Source: Chiloscyllium plagiosum
Taxonomy: Eukaryota
Length of the DNA stretch: 43,158 bases
Assembly: GCF_004010195.1 (NCBI RefSeq)
Contig: NC_057718.1
Span: 81,599,953 to 81,643,110 of the forward strand
Reading direction: 5' to 3'
Part shown: piece after piece, positions 12,206-25,800 of the stretch
Position numbering within the stretch: position 1 is the stretch's first letter
Layout: each line of letters begins with the position of its first letter
Position numbers and translations under genes: made by a program
Notes under the pieces: model-generated
What the model was told of the DNA's origin: nothing
Seen by the model: the letters and a program-made list of their open reading frames with translations, nothing else
Databases searched by the model: none

Positions 12206-12584
12206 AATTAGATAGTGTGTCACAAATCTAGTTTTGTGCAAAAGAGTGGTTCCCTTTTACAGGCCAATAATATTTGAATATGTTTTGTTGAAAAAATCAA
12301 TTAAAGGAAAAGATGGATGGTTTGTGGATACTTAAGATCAGGAGTAATATCATCACAAGAGTGTTTCTGGGAGATTAAATTCATGAAATGTTTCATCTTA
12401 AATAGCTCAAAATAGCTGTTTGTACAAGAATTCCTTGTTACTTTACATTAATCTAATAGCTGCTTCTATAAGAAACATACCTTAAATAATTTTAGGAATG
12501 CATTTTCATGTGCCAGTGATGGGGTAGAATTTGTGTTCCTTTGGAAAAAAAGAAATCTCCAAGATTTCATCTTGGATTTGATCT

Positions 12585-13210
12585 CCAAGACAGTGGCAGA
12601 ATAGCAGTGCAGGGTACAGTCTCCTGCCTGGAGCAGATTGTTTGCTTTAACTTTTTTTTCCTTCCCTTCACAGATTTTGTTTCTTATTTCAATCTACTTA
12701 CCTTCTGTGGAGAGATCAAGCCAGTGCAAGGAGCAGTGAGAGAGTACAGTGGGGGCGGGGAAGAGACAGACAGAGAGACAATGACCCCAGTGTGGAGGAG
12801 CGTCAGCCAGCGTGGGGGAACAGTCAAAGAGCAAACCCAGTGCAGGCAGTGAGCCAGCGTGGTGGTGATAAAGGTCTCCCATGGCAGTGAGAGCAGATAG
12901 CCCAAGGTTTCTGCGATAGCATTGAGCATGGGGAGATCAAGCCCAGCTTGGAGGAGATTAAACACTTGTGGGGAATGCAAGCCCTGCATGGCTAAGCACT
13001 TAAGAAGGATTGCAATGTTGAACTCTTAACTTTATTTTTCTACTTTATACTAAGAAGGACTTTAATGTTGAACATTTAACTATAACTCCTTATTTTTCTA
13101 ATTTGTAGCTAAGATTTTATATCTAAGATGGTGCTGGGAAGGGTGGCATTTTACACTTTTCACTGTACTCCTGTACCTGAATACACAAGACAATAAATTC
13201 TAATTCTAAA
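12585..13210 (+). repeat. Non-coding retroposon-like element with CACTTTTCACTGTA...GACAATAAA + microsatellite tail
   Basis: 3' end shared with 16368-16490 (-) and 29078-29930 (+). Confidence 0.55.
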
Positions 13211-13768
13211 TTGCAATGTGAATGCAATGATCATGATTTTGGGGACCATTTTTCATTGCAATTCTTGTTCCAACATTTAATTTTTTTTTTTGTTTTTACA
13301 TCAGTATTGCTATTAAATCCTGATACACATGAATCAAATTTGCCAAGACATTTGGTTGAAGTGGAATCCCTCAATTACAGAAGTGTTTGGAGCAAGTGTA
13401 CGCTGTTTCAAACTTCAGCCGGCTAAAGTGATACAATTCACTATCTTCAATAAAAACGTTAACTCTGAAGGAAATACAATCAATGAAAAGCAGTTATCTG
13501 CTAAGAACATTTTAAAAATAGTATGTGGCAAATTCTTGAAGTTTGAGTAGTTTCAGATCAGAGTTTACTGTCTGGAGGCTGATCCACAGGTACTGCAATG
13601 CATCAGGGAGGAGAAGGCTACCTGGATTCCTCATAACAGGAGGCAGTCTCATCTCTTAGGGTTGGATAATCTACTTTGGTCAGTGTCCAGGGACAAGAGA
13701 TTGTGACTGCGAGTGAGACAGGCAAAGTACCCAGAGGCAGGAGAATAAAGGCCTCAACCTTTGCAATT

Positions 13769-14086
13769 GGATTACTTACAATGTGGAAACAGGCCCTTCG
13801 GCCCAACAAGTCCACACCGCCCCGCCGAAGCGCAACCCACCCATACCCCTACCCCTACATTTACATTTACCCCTTACCTAACACTACGGGCAATTTAGCA
13901 TGGCCAATTCACCTGACCTGCACATCTTTGGACTGTGGGAGGAAACCGGAGCACCCGGAGGAAACCCACGCAGACACGGGGAGAACGTGCAAACTCCACA
14001 CAGTCAGTCGCCTGAGGCGGGTATTGAACCCTAATCTCTGGCGCTGTGAGGCAGCAGTGCTAACCACTGTGCCACCGTGCCGCCCA
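13769..14086 (-). mobile_element. Full-length HE1-type V-SINE inserted in the old CR1
   Basis: tRNA head GGGCGGCACGGTGGCACAGTGGTTAGCAC, box B GGTTCAATACC, V-domain GTGGAGTTTGCAC...GGGTTTCCTCCGGGTGCTCCGGTTTCCTCCCAC, CR1-like tail. Confidence 0.93.
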
Positions 14087-16367
14087 CTAGTCAACAAGTC
14101 CGACAGTATTTCAGCTTTTTATGAAAGTGAGGACTGCAGGGGGGAATAAGCAGAGTGACCAGAGCACATTAGCACAGAAAGCCTGTCAAGAGGGGTGATA
14201 AGAAGGATATTAATTGGAACTGTTCTATGCTGCAAAGAACTTATGTCCAGATAGCAGTGTTGCTTGCCCAGTGCTAGGACAACTGACAGGAGTTGGGGAG
14301 GGAGAGAATCCAGTTATCATGGTTTATGAAGATACCAAAGAATAGAAAGGAACAAAGAAGGAGGTTCTACAAAGACAGTATGAGGAGCTACATATCAAAT
14401 TAAGAAGCAGAACCTCAAAGATCATAATGGCTTCATTATTATCTGAGTCACATGCAAATTGACATCGGGCAAATCAGATTGGAGAGATGAATGCATGGCT
14501 CGAGGACTGGTATGGGAGTAACCAGTTTATGTTCATAAGGTACTGGCACCAGTACTGGGGAAAGTGGGACCTTCATCAATGGGACACTTTCAACCTGAAG
14601 TGTGTAGAGGATGTTGTGCTTGCTAACCACACAACTGGGGGAAAAGGAGATTTTAACGTGAATGTTGAGGATAAGGGATCATATTTAAGAAGATGTGGTA
14701 ATTTAAAAAGAAGGGCCAAGATTAAAGAGAAAGATATTAATATGGCAAATGATAAATAGACTTGCAAGAAGGGATAGACAGCGAGAATCTGAGAGTCAAC
14801 CAACAGATAACCAACTGGATTTTACAGGAAGTAAAAGAATAAAACTATCTGATTGCACATAGCATTTGAAACAAAACAAATGGACTGAGTGTTCAAATAA
14901 AAATGAATAAGTACAATCTGGTATCTTTTACAGTGATATTCCTGCAGGATGATGTGGATTGAGGCTTAAATCTTGAAAGGTACACAACATTTAGGAATAG
15001 AGGAAAAGATGGAGGGATGTTTCTGTTATCTACAATAGAGAGGGATGACCTGAGCTCAAGAAACCAAGATGTGGAAACAGTTTAGGCAGAAATAAGACAT
15101 GATAAAGACAAGAAGTCACTTGTTCGAGTGATATACAGGTCACCTACAGGTGTACAGGTAACTAACTACACTGAAGGATAAAGGACAAAATAACAAGAGC
15201 TTGTCAGAAAAGCACAACCATATGTTTTGGGAGATTTTAATCCACACTTTAACTGGAAAAGTCAGATTGACAAAGCTTAGAATGCTGAGTTCACAGAATG
15301 TTGTCAGGATAGTTTGTTAAAGAACACATTCTGGATCCAACCAAAGCAGGCTATACCAGGCTTGATATTATGCAATGAGATGGAATTAATTAACAATGTA
15401 ACAGCCACCATAATTGGATTAAATTTCACATTCCATTTGAGGGAGAAAGGGAAAGAGAGATGGGTCGGAGACTATTTTTTGAAAATTTAAATGAGTAATA
15501 ATGCGGGCATGAAAACAGAGCTGGCTAAAGTGAATTGGTAAATTAGGTTAAAAGTTAGGACAATGCAGAAGCAGTGTAAGAGATTTAAGGTTATGTTTTA
15601 GAATATACAGAATAGATACATTCCAATGATTTATAAAATCCCAAAGGACAGACTGACCATTTGTGGTAACTAGTAATGTTAAAGATAGTATCAAACTTAA
15701 GAAAAAGCATTAATTGTGCAAAGGCAGATGACAAGTCAGAAGATGAATCAGATTGTAAAACAAAGCAAAGAAATCGCCCAAAAATTAATACAGAGAGAAA
15801 AAAAACATGAGGAAACTAGCCAAAATATAAAAACAAATAGTAAGTATTCCTATAAATTATTAATAAACAGATTAATCAAAGTGAGCATTTGTCATGTAGG
15901 AAGTCAGACTGGAGAACTAATAGTGGAAATTAAGGAAATGGCAGCTTAACTGAACAGATATTTTGCACATCAGTCTTCACTGTAGACAATGCAATTGACA
16001 TCCATAAGCAGCAATATATTAGGAAATGGAGGAACTCAAAAAAATCACAATCACCAGAGAAGTGACACTAAGTAAATTGTTGGAGCTGCAAGCTGACAAG
16101 TACTTAGGTCCTAATGGACTTTGTGCTAGGGTTTTAAAAGAAGAGACAAGTGAGATATTTAATGCAATTGTTTCAATTTTCCAAAACTGTCTTGATTCAG
16201 GAACAATCCAATTAGGTTGAAAAACAGCAAATGTAACTCCTTTATTCAAAAAGGGAGTCAGAAAGCAGGAATCCGCAGATCAGTTAACTTAGCATCTGTC
16301 ATAAGGAAAATTTTAGAAGCTGTTATTACATAAATTATCACAAGGCACTTGGGTAAATTGAAGGTAA

Positions 16368-16490
16368 TGATTTAGATTAAACTTAGTTTTATTGTCACAT
16401 GTATATAAAATATACAGTGAAAAGTAGTTTTTCATGTGTTATACAGTGTTGCTATGCTCCAGCACCACTTTGAAACACTGAATATAATGC
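16368..16490 (-). repeat. 3' fragment of the GACAATAAA-tailed retroposon family, inserted in CR1 RT
   Basis: Minus strand GGTGCTGGAG...ACTTTTCACTGTA...GTGACAATAAA...TCTAAATCA interrupts RT just before the QGFVK motif. Confidence 0.6.
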
Positions 16491-17819
16491 AAACGACTCA
16501 AGAAGCACAGATAACAAGGTTTTGTGAAAAGGAAATCATGTATCACCAATCCACTGCAGTTCCTTGTGGATAAATGGGAATCAGCAGTTCTAGAGTACTT
16601 AGATTTCCAGAAGTCATTTGATAAAGTTGTCACATCACGGGTTACTGTGAAGAATAAAAGCAGAAAGCAAATTGGCATGGGTAGAAAGTTGGCGAGCTAA
16701 CAGGAAACAGAGTAGGTATAACTGGTCTACTTCTGGTGGCAAAGTGTAACAAGTGGTGTGTCATGGTGATCAGTATTGGAACCTCAACTATTTACAGTTT
16801 ATATAAATAACTTAGATGAAGGAACGGAAATATGGTTGTCAAATTTGCTGACAACACAAATATCGTAGGAAAGTAAGTTGTGAAGAGAAAGCTGCAAGGA
16901 ATATAGATGTGGTCAAAGATGCAGAAAAATGGAGTTTAATATGGAAAAATGTGGAATTGTCTACTTTGGCGGAAAGAATAAAAAAAAGGAGCATATTATC
17001 AAACTGATGAGATGTTGCAGAGGGATCTAAGTGTCCTCATGCTTTAATCACAAAAGGTTATTATGCAGGTACAGCAAGTAATTAGGCAAGTTAACAGAAA
17101 ATTATCACATCACAAAGGAATTGAATACAAAAGTAGGAAGGTTATGCTTCAGTTACACCGGGCACTGGTGAAACTACATCTGGAATATTGCAAACTCACC
17201 TTATTTAAGGAAAGAGATAAATACGTTAGAGGCTGTTCAGAGAGTGTTTATGTGACTAATACTGGATTGAAAGGGTTGTCTTATAAGGAAATGTTGGAGA
17301 GGCTAGGCTTGTATCTGTTGGAGTTCTGAAGAATAAGAGGTGATTTGATGGAATTATATGTAATCCTGAGGGGTGTTTACAAGGTAGGTATGGAAAGGAA
17401 GATTGTTCTTATGGGATAATCCAGACGTTGGGGTCTCTTATTTAAAAAATGAGGGCCCACCCATTTGGAACAGAGATTAGGCTAAATTTTTGAAATTCTC
17501 TTCCTGGAAAGGTAATGGAAGCAGAGTCCTTGAATATTTTTAAGGTAGAGGTAGATTTATTCTTGTCAGGAAGGGATCAGAAGGTTAGCATGATAGGTGG
17601 GAATATGGATTTGAGGGTACTATCAGATCAGCTATGATCTTATTGAATGGCAGGAACAGGCTCGAGGAATGGCCTACTCCTGTTCATGATTTGTATGTGT
17701 CAATGGGTTTGGCGGTGATGGGAGTGTGCCTTTGCGGTTTCCAGTGCCAAGGGCAAAATGATTTGTTCCTTCCAGTTATATTCTTTTTAATTTTTCTTTC
17801 AAGGTTGATACAATTGAAT

Positions 17820-17920
17820 GATTTCCTGGGCCATTTTCAAAAACAAAGTACAATCAACTACATTGCTGTGTGTTTGGAGTCACATGTAGGCCAGGCTAGA
17901 TAAAGGCAGCAGATTTCTGT
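17820..17920 (-). mobile_element. SINE fragment related to 12064-12205
   Basis: Minus strand CTGGCCTACATGTGACTCCAAACACACAGCAATGTAGTTG. Confidence 0.6.
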
Positions 17921-18199
17921 CTTGTTCATTAATAAGTCAGTTGATAAATCCCACACTGGTATCATTCTGTGTGACACGTACAAACAGGTTAACATTATCT
18001 TGCAAAAAACCATGTTTACCTTACAGCCAAATCTAATTTCATTGTCCTCTCCCACTTAGTCCTCTCAAGTAACAAATCACATTTTGAATTGACCATCATT
18101 GCAGAAAATGCACAAGATGTCTCTAAAATGTCAGTGAGATGATGGATGCGTGTGCTTGACCACTGAAATGGGCCAGATGGAAACTTCATGTGAATTACA

Positions 18200-18345
18200 G
18201 GTCAACACAACTTCTTTCAAAATTTCTTCATCACCTCTTCCTGATTCATTTACCAAATGGCCTGAAATCTGTGTCCTCTGGTTAATGTTCCTGCTGTTAA
18301 CAGAAACCATTTCTCCTTTCTTATTCCAGGAAAGCCTTTCATAAC
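18200..18345 (-). mobile_element. Very decayed CR1 3' fragment
   Basis: Minus strand ACCAGAGGACACAGATTT (TRGHRF) preceded by ATGAAAGGCTTT (MKGF). Confidence 0.45.
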
Positions 18346-19929
18346 TTTGAGACAGCCTGTATATCTACAAGTTATATTTGCTTAATAGAAATGTCAGTCT
18401 CAAGTATTTAATTTCTTTTATGACATTATTTCATCAAAATATTTAATAGATTTTACAGGCTTTAGCAGTATGAACTGGTTTAAGTAAAATTAGCATCACA
18501 GGTCCTTTCATCTTCTATACTTGCGTTCAAATCAAAGCCTGTCAGATGGAGTGCAGTGAAAAGATTAAAGTTTTCTCTCTCCTTGCGTATTTCAATGGTC
18601 TTCAGTCAAACATGGATAAGCATTTCTCCAACCACTTCCCAGTGACTGCAAGACCAAAGCTACTAACTTGGTACTAATTGTAGAACCTCACTCAGTGTAA
18701 GAGCTTGTATGGATCCCTGATATGTCAATAGAAATGTGCAGTGAAGGCTTTTTGCTAAGGTTGAGGTTTATAGCTTGTTGCCAAGGCAGTGTAAAGGCAG
18801 CTCTGCTTTGTATTGACCCTACACAGTACGAGATAGAGAAAAGCTCAATACTGTTCAATGACACAAAGGAGGAAACCACTTCATTTCCCGCAGCTAATAT
18901 TTATTACAGCACTGAGCATAAAACATCTACAGTAAATCTGTGGTTTAAACCCAGTCAAACGTAACTCTTTTCACATGATGTGATTCAATCCTTCAGCTTT
19001 CAAAAAAAAATTAGAACATCCTGCACCCAAACTGTTGCCAAGGGAACAGGGAATTTGCAACAGTGACAGGAAAGTGAAGTATTCTACTTCAAGACAGAAG
19101 CTGTGGTTGTACTAACAGCGAGGAGTTTCATTCTGATTCACATCATGAAGCAGTTCAAGAGGTAAAAATTTCAAAAAAAAATCTCATTTCCTGTGAAGAC
19201 AACCAGACCATAACTGATATCGTCATAGAGCACACAAATCATTATGATCAGCACTTTCTTTGTGCTTAGCTGAATAATCTTTAACCTTTCTGTTCGTTTT
19301 ACACATCTACCAGTAATAACAAATGTCTGGCACAGTCATTTTAGGGTCTAAGTGATACGGATAATTGTTGCAGTTTGTTGAAGAATTGGAGAAGAAACTC
19401 TGGCAAGACTCAGTCTGACCAGGCTGCACTTCAGGGCTCCTCGCTTGCTCTCTTAGCATTTTTCTCATTTAGCAGTGACCTGCATGCTTCCTGTATCCAT
19501 ACCTCACCTTGTTGTGCCAATTGGTGCAGTCACACAAAACAACAGTTTGCCTTGCTGCATAGCAGTTTGCAGTCAAGGGATCAGACATCTTGCAGTATGG
19601 CAGTGTGCTGTGTCAATCTCACATGAACACCATGCACCAGTAGTATGCAGGCAGCATTGTCTTACTGTCTTAGGGATGTCGTCCTCATTGAAGTTCATGG
19701 TTATACCCATCAGTCAAGAAGTTTCAGCACGAAAGGTCAAGGATGGCCTCTGATACCAGTCCAGGGGAATGGTCATGATCAGGCATTGCTCAAGACATTC
19801 TTGGTCAGGGAGACTGTGCCTCTGCAGTCTGGGCAGTAGACCACAGACAATCCATTGTCTCCATAGCGGCTAGAGTGAGGGTGGTAGGACTAATGCTTTC
19901 AGGGAAATGTATGGATGTTATCTGGGTTG

Positions 19930-20152
19930 GTGTGGGTTTCCTCTGGGTGCTCCAGTTTCCTCCCACAGGTGAAAGACGTGCAGGTTAGGTGGATTTGCCA
20001 TGCTAAATTGTCCAGGGATGTGCAGGTTAGGTGGGTGAGCCATGGGTAATGCAAAGTTACAGGGATAGAGTGGGTCTGGATGGGATCTCTTTGGCAGTTG
20101 GTGTGAACTTGATGGGCCAGATTGCTTGCTTCCACACTGTAGGGATTCTATG
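19930..20152 (+). mobile_element. 5'-truncated HE1-type SINE
   Basis: V-domain GGGTTTCCTCTGGGTGCTCCAGTTTCCTCCCAC and CCACACTGTAGGGATTCTATG tail. Confidence 0.9.
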
Positions 20153-20962
20153 CTGCAATTCTATACTAGTCTGGATAGTGTTATTGTCTGAGTAGCCTAA
20201 TTCGGTTACCCAATGGAATTAGTTAGTTGGTCTGTTAGGACTACCTGCAAAAACAAAAGAGAAAGAGCGGGTGGGCTGCTTTGGAAATGAGACTCAGCAA
20301 GTCAGTTTCTGGTACTGTATGCATCCTTGGGGGAAGGGAGGATTACAATTGAGAAAGGGGGCAACAGTATCTGCAAGAGGGATATGGCAGAGTATAGATG
20401 GGAAGGGTGTCTTGTGGGAGGGGAGGTCATCCATGGTCAGGAGCATACATGGCATGGTGACCTCATATGCTAACAATTGGTTGGGAATGATGTGTAAGCT
20501 CAAATAGATAGTTTGGGAGGTGAACATTCAGGAGAATTGGATATCTGGGGTCTCACTGACACATTCAGGCAGAGGTTGCAACCCACTTGCTCAGAACTGC
20601 TCATTGTCAATTACTATTGTGCTAGAAATCAAATGTATGCAATTGGAAAAAAACCAGCTGCAACCATAAAATGCGCATACACACAGGACTATTAACTAAG
20701 TAAAACAACTTTACTGGAACATTATCAAGGATATTTTGACACTGACCCATTTATGGTTAGATCAGATGCCCTTATGCATGGTCAAAAACACTGGTTTATG
20801 GAAACATCTTTAAGGAGGAGATTAAAGGTAGAATGATGAAAGGTATGACACCTTGTCAAAAAGGCACAATGATAAACTACACACGCAATGAAATATGATT
20901 AATTAACAATATCCTCATGAACGTGTCTCTTGGTAGTAGCAATCACATTAAGACTGTGTTTT

Positions 20963-21725
20963 ATCAGGTTGTAAATTTGCTTGCTGAGCTGATAGATTTG
21001 TTTTCAGATGTTTTGTCACCATGCTAGGTAACATCATCAGTGAGCCTCCGATGAAGCGCTGGTCTTCCATCCCGCTTGCTATTTATCTGTCTTGATCTGT
21101 TATGGTAGGTGATATCACTCCTGGTTCTGTTTCTGAGAGGTTGGTAAATGGGGTCCAAATTGATATATTTGTTAATGGAGCTTGGGTTTAAATGCCAGGC
21201 TTATAGGAATTCCCATGCGTGTCTTTGTTTATTTTGTCCCAGGATGGATGTATTGTCCCAGTCAAACTGGTGTCCCTCTTCGTCTGTATGGATACTAGTG
21301 ATAGTTAGTCATGAGCACCATGAGCACCAACTAGCCACCAAAAGACATGACCAACTATCACTAGTATCCATACACACAGAAGAACAGGGATACCAGTTCG
21401 ACTGGGACAATACATACATTCCTGGGATAGGCTAAACAAAGACATGCACGGAAATTCCTAGAGGCCTGGCATTCAAACCAGAACTCCATTAACAAACATA
21501 TTGATTTGGACCCCATTTACCAACCTCTGAGAAAGAGAACCGAAAATGATATCACCCACCACTACAGACAAAGACAGATAAATAAAAAGCAGGAGGGAAC
21601 ACCAGTGCTTCATCAGAGGCTCACTAATGATATTACCTAGCATGGTGACAAAACGACTGAGAACAAATCTACGAGCAAACTTACAACCCGATCCACATCC
21701 TGAGTTACAAGTCTCCAAAATTGCA
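20963..21725. mobile_element. Palindromic PLE derivative (family D): two inverted ~350-bp arms of GIY-YIG 3' end + pLTR
   Basis: Arms 20963-21314 and 21346-21692 are reverse complements; EHQLATKRHDQLSLV...FDWDN...ARKFLEAWHS; degenerate TSD ACTGTGTTTTAT / ACTGAATTTTAT; decayed hammerheads at 21007-21040 (-) and 21624-21657 (+). Confidence 0.88.
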
Positions 21726-22863
21726 ACTGAATTTTATATACAGTTTGTAGGGTGCCCAAGATAAGTGTTTTAAGCTTATAGAGAGGCAATTAGTAGAGCT
21801 AGTAAAATTAAATTGGCAAATTAGGTTAAGGGATAAGTCAATAGACATGCAGTGGCTGACATTTTCTGATCTTTCAGAATATGCCGAATAGATACATTTC
21901 AGCAAAAGAGAAAAACTGTAAGCAGAGAATCCATTGTTAAATTTAAAAAGTTAAGGTCAGTATCAAAAATAATTAAAAGCATTTAATTATACAAGTATTG
22001 GATGGAATTTTCAAAAAACAGCAAAGGTAGTCTAAAAAAAAATTAATGAGATAAGAAAAGTTAAAGCAGGAGAGATAAAGCGAGCTAGAAATATAAGAAA
22101 CAGATAGTAAAAGTTTCTATAGATTTAAAAAAATGAAACGTGATGACAAAGTGAACATTGCTCCTGTAGGAATTGAGCCAGGGTAATTAATAATGGAAAA
22201 CAAGGAACTGGCAGATTAACAGAACGGGTTTTTGCATCAGTCTTCATTCTGGTAACATTTCAGAAAAGGCTGTAAATCTGGAACAAAGGATGTAAATGGG
22301 AGGATGAATGCAAGAAAATTACATTCACTAGGCAACTGGTAAATGTATTAAAACTGCGTACTGTAGCTCTGGGCTGACAAGTGCCAAGGTCCTGATGGAC
22401 ATCATCTTAGGGTCTTAAAAACAAATGGCTAGTGAGATAGTTGATGCATTGGTTTTAATTTTCCCAAATTTCATCAATTTGGGAAAGGTTCCAGAATAAT
22501 GGAAAATAAAGAATGTAACTCTGTCATTCAAAATAGCAGGGAGGGAGGAAGTAGGAAATTATAGGCCAGTTAATATAATATTGGTCATGGTGAACGTTTT
22601 AGAAGCTATCATTAAAAGACATTGTAGCTGGGCCCTGAGCTAAATTGAATGGAATCAGGCAGAATCAACAAAACTTTGTGAAAGGAGAATCATGGTTAAC
22701 CAGTTTATTGTAAAAATGTGCTGCGGATAAAAGGAACTGTACAGTATTTTGATTTTCAGAGTTTATTTAATAAAATGGCACATCAAAGGTTATTGCAAAA
22801 AAAATTATGAAGAGAACATAAGGAAGCTAAAGAGGCATTTGGTAAAGATCGGAAAAACATGCG

Positions 22864-25800
22864 ATGAGGAATTTCCAACAGTATGTGATGGATGGCAGTT
22901 ATAGGAAGGGGGGAAAGTCTCAGATGCAATCACATAGATGGGTTAACTCCAGGAAGGATAAGAGAGGTAGGCAGCTAGGGAAGGAGTCTTTTGTGGATAT
23001 ATCCATTTCAAACAAGTATGCTGTTTTGGAAAATGTAGGGGGTGATGGATTCTCAGGAGAACGTAGCACGAACAGCCAAGTTTCTGATGTTGAGACTGGC
23101 TCTAATGCAATGAGGGGTACGTCGGCTTCCAAGAGATCAATTTTGCTAGGGGATTCTGTAGTCAGAGGTACAGACAGACGTTTCTGTGGCCATCAGAGAA
23201 AAAGCAGAATGGTGTGTTGTTGTTTCCCTGGTGCCAGGATCAAGGATGTCTCAGAGAGGATGCAGAATGTTCTCACGGGGGAGAGGGGCCAACAGGACGT
23301 CATTGTCCACATTGGAACCAACGACATTGGAAGGGAAAAGGTTGAGACTCTGAAGGGAGATTACAGAGAGTTAGGCAGAAATTTAAAAAGTAGGTCCTCA
23401 AGGGTAGTAATATCTGGATTACTCCCAGTGCTACGAGCTAGTGAGGGCAGGAATAGTCAGGGCAGGCAGGACTAATAAATTAAACTGCATTTATTTCAAT
23501 GCAAGGGGCCTAACAGGGAAGGCAGATGAACTCAGGGCATGGTTAGGAACATGGGACTGGGATATCATAGCAATTACAGAAACATGGCTCAGGGATGGAT
23601 ACAAATGCTACAGGAAGGATAGAAAGGGAAGCAAGAGAGGAGGGAGAGTGGCATTTTTGATAAGGGATAGCATTACAGCTGTGCTGAGGGAGGATATTCC
23701 TGGAAATACATCCAGGGAAGTTATTTGGGTGGAACTGAGAAATATTAAAGGGATGATCACCTTATTGGGATTGTATTATAGACCGGAGATGGAAATGTGT
23801 TGCTGGAAAAGCGCAGCAGGTCAGGCAGCATCTAGGGAACAGGAGAATCGACGTTTCGGGCATTAGCCCTTATAGACCCCCCAATAGTCAGAGGGAAATT
23901 GAGAAAAAAACTTGTAAGGAAATCTCAGCTATCTTTAAGAATAATAGGGTAGGTATGGTAGGGGATTTTAACTTTCCAAATATCGACTGGGACTGCCATA
24001 GAGTTAAAGGTTTAGATGGAGAGGAATTCCTTAAGTGCATACAAGACAATTTTCTGATTCAGTGTGTGGATGTACCTATTAGAGAAGGTGCAAATCTTGA
24101 CCTACTCTTGGGAAATAGGACAGGGCAGGTGACTGAGGTGTCAGTGGGGGAGCACTTTGGGGCCAGCAACCATAATTCTATTCGTTTTAAAATATGATGG
24201 AAAAGGATAGACCAGATCTAAAAGTTGAAGTTCTAAATTGGAGAAAGGCCAATTTTGACCGTATTAGGCAAGAACTTTCGAAAGTTGATTGGAGGCCGAT
24301 GTTCGCAGGTAAAGGGACGGCTGGAAAATGGGAAGCCATCAGAAATGAGATAACAAGAATCCAGAGAAAGTATATTCCTGTCAGGGTGAAAGGGAAGGCT
24401 GGTAGGTATAGGGAATGCTGGATGACTAAAGAAATTGAGGGTTTGGTTAAGAAAAAGAAGAAAGCATATGTCAGGTATAGACAGGATAGATCGAGTGAAT
24501 CCTTAGAAGAGTATAAAGAAAGTAGGAGTATACTTAAAAGGGAAATCAGGAGGGCAAAAAGGGGACATGAGATAGCTTTGGCAGATAGAATTAAGGAGAA
24601 CCCAAAGGGTTTTTACAAATATATTAAGGACAAAAGGGTAACTAGGGAGAGAATAGGGCCCATCAAAGATCAGCAAGGTGGCTTTTATGTGGAGCCACAG
24701 AAAATGGGGGAGATACTAAATTAATATTTTGCATCAGTATTTACTATGGAAAAGGATATGGAAGATATGGATAGGGAAATAGATGGTGACATCTTGCAAA
24801 ATGTCCAGATTATAGAGGAGGAAGTGTTGGATGTCTTGAAACAGTTAAAGGTGGATAAATCCCCAGGACCTGATCAGGTGTATCCAAGAACTCTATGGGA
24901 AGCTAGAGAAGTGATTGCTGGGCCTCTTGCTGAGATATTTGTATCATCGATAGTCACAGGTGAGGTGCCGGAAGACTGGAGGTTGGCAAACGTGGTGCCA
25001 CTGTTTAAGAAGGGTCGTAAAGACAAGCCAGGGAACTATAGGCCACTGAGCCTGACCTCGGTGGTGGGCAAGTTGTTGGAGGGAATCCTGAGGGACAGGA
25101 TGTACATGTATTTGGAAAGGCAAGGACTGATTCAGGTTGATCAACATGGCTTTGATTGAGTTTTTTGAAGAAGTAACAAAGAAGATTGATGAGGACAGAG
25201 CAGTAGATGTGATATATATGGACTTCAGTAAGGCGTTCGACAAGGTTCCCCATGGGAGACTGATTAGCAAGCTTAGATCTCATATACATGGCGAACTAGC
25301 CATTTGGATACAGAACTGGCTCAAAGGTAGAAGACAGAGGGTGGTGGTGGAGGTTTTTTTTTCAGACGGGAGGCCTGTGACCAGTGGAGTGCTGCAAGGA
25401 TCGGTGCTGGGTCCTCTACTTTTACATAATTGATTTGGATGCGAGCATAAGAGGTACAGTTAGTAAGTTTGCAGATGACACCAAAATTGCAGGTGCAGTG
25501 GAGGACAGCGAGGGTTACCTCAGATTACAACAGGATCGAGACCAGATGGGCCAATGGGCTGAAAAGTGGCAGATGGAGTTTAATTCCGATAAATGTGAGG
25601 TGCTGCATTTTGGGAAAGCAAATCTTAGCAGGACTTATACACTTAATGGTAAGGTCCTAGGGAGTGTTGCTGAACAAAGAGACCTTGGAGTGCAGGTTCA
25701 TAGCTCCTTGGAGTCGCAGGTAGATAGCATAGTGAAGAAGGCGTTTGGTATGCTTTCCTTTATTGATCAGAGTATTGAGTACAGGAGTTGGGAGGTCATG

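Larger units (their letters stand above)
13520..17700 (+). mobile_element. Old near-full-length CR1-type LINE (ORF1, EN, RT remnants), heavily decayed
   Basis: ORF1 remnants (VCGKFL..., MNAWLEDW...FIRYWHQYWGKWDL), EN (GDFN), RT (ADKYLGPNGL, YLDFQKSFDKV, KFADNTN, LYLLEF), CR1 3' UTR. Confidence 0.85.

Noticed and set aside
14093..14140. 13- and 17-bp matches to 3155-3167 and to the pLTR end
   Set aside because: They lie in CR1 ORF1 remnant sequence with no further pLTR similarity; treated as coincidence
19400..19900. Possible Harbinger transposase remnant
   Set aside because: No convincing DDE motifs or TIRs could be read
22864..23475. SGNH/GDSL esterase ORF as a host gene
   Set aside because: It is the known CR1 ORF1 esterase, directly upstream of ORF2
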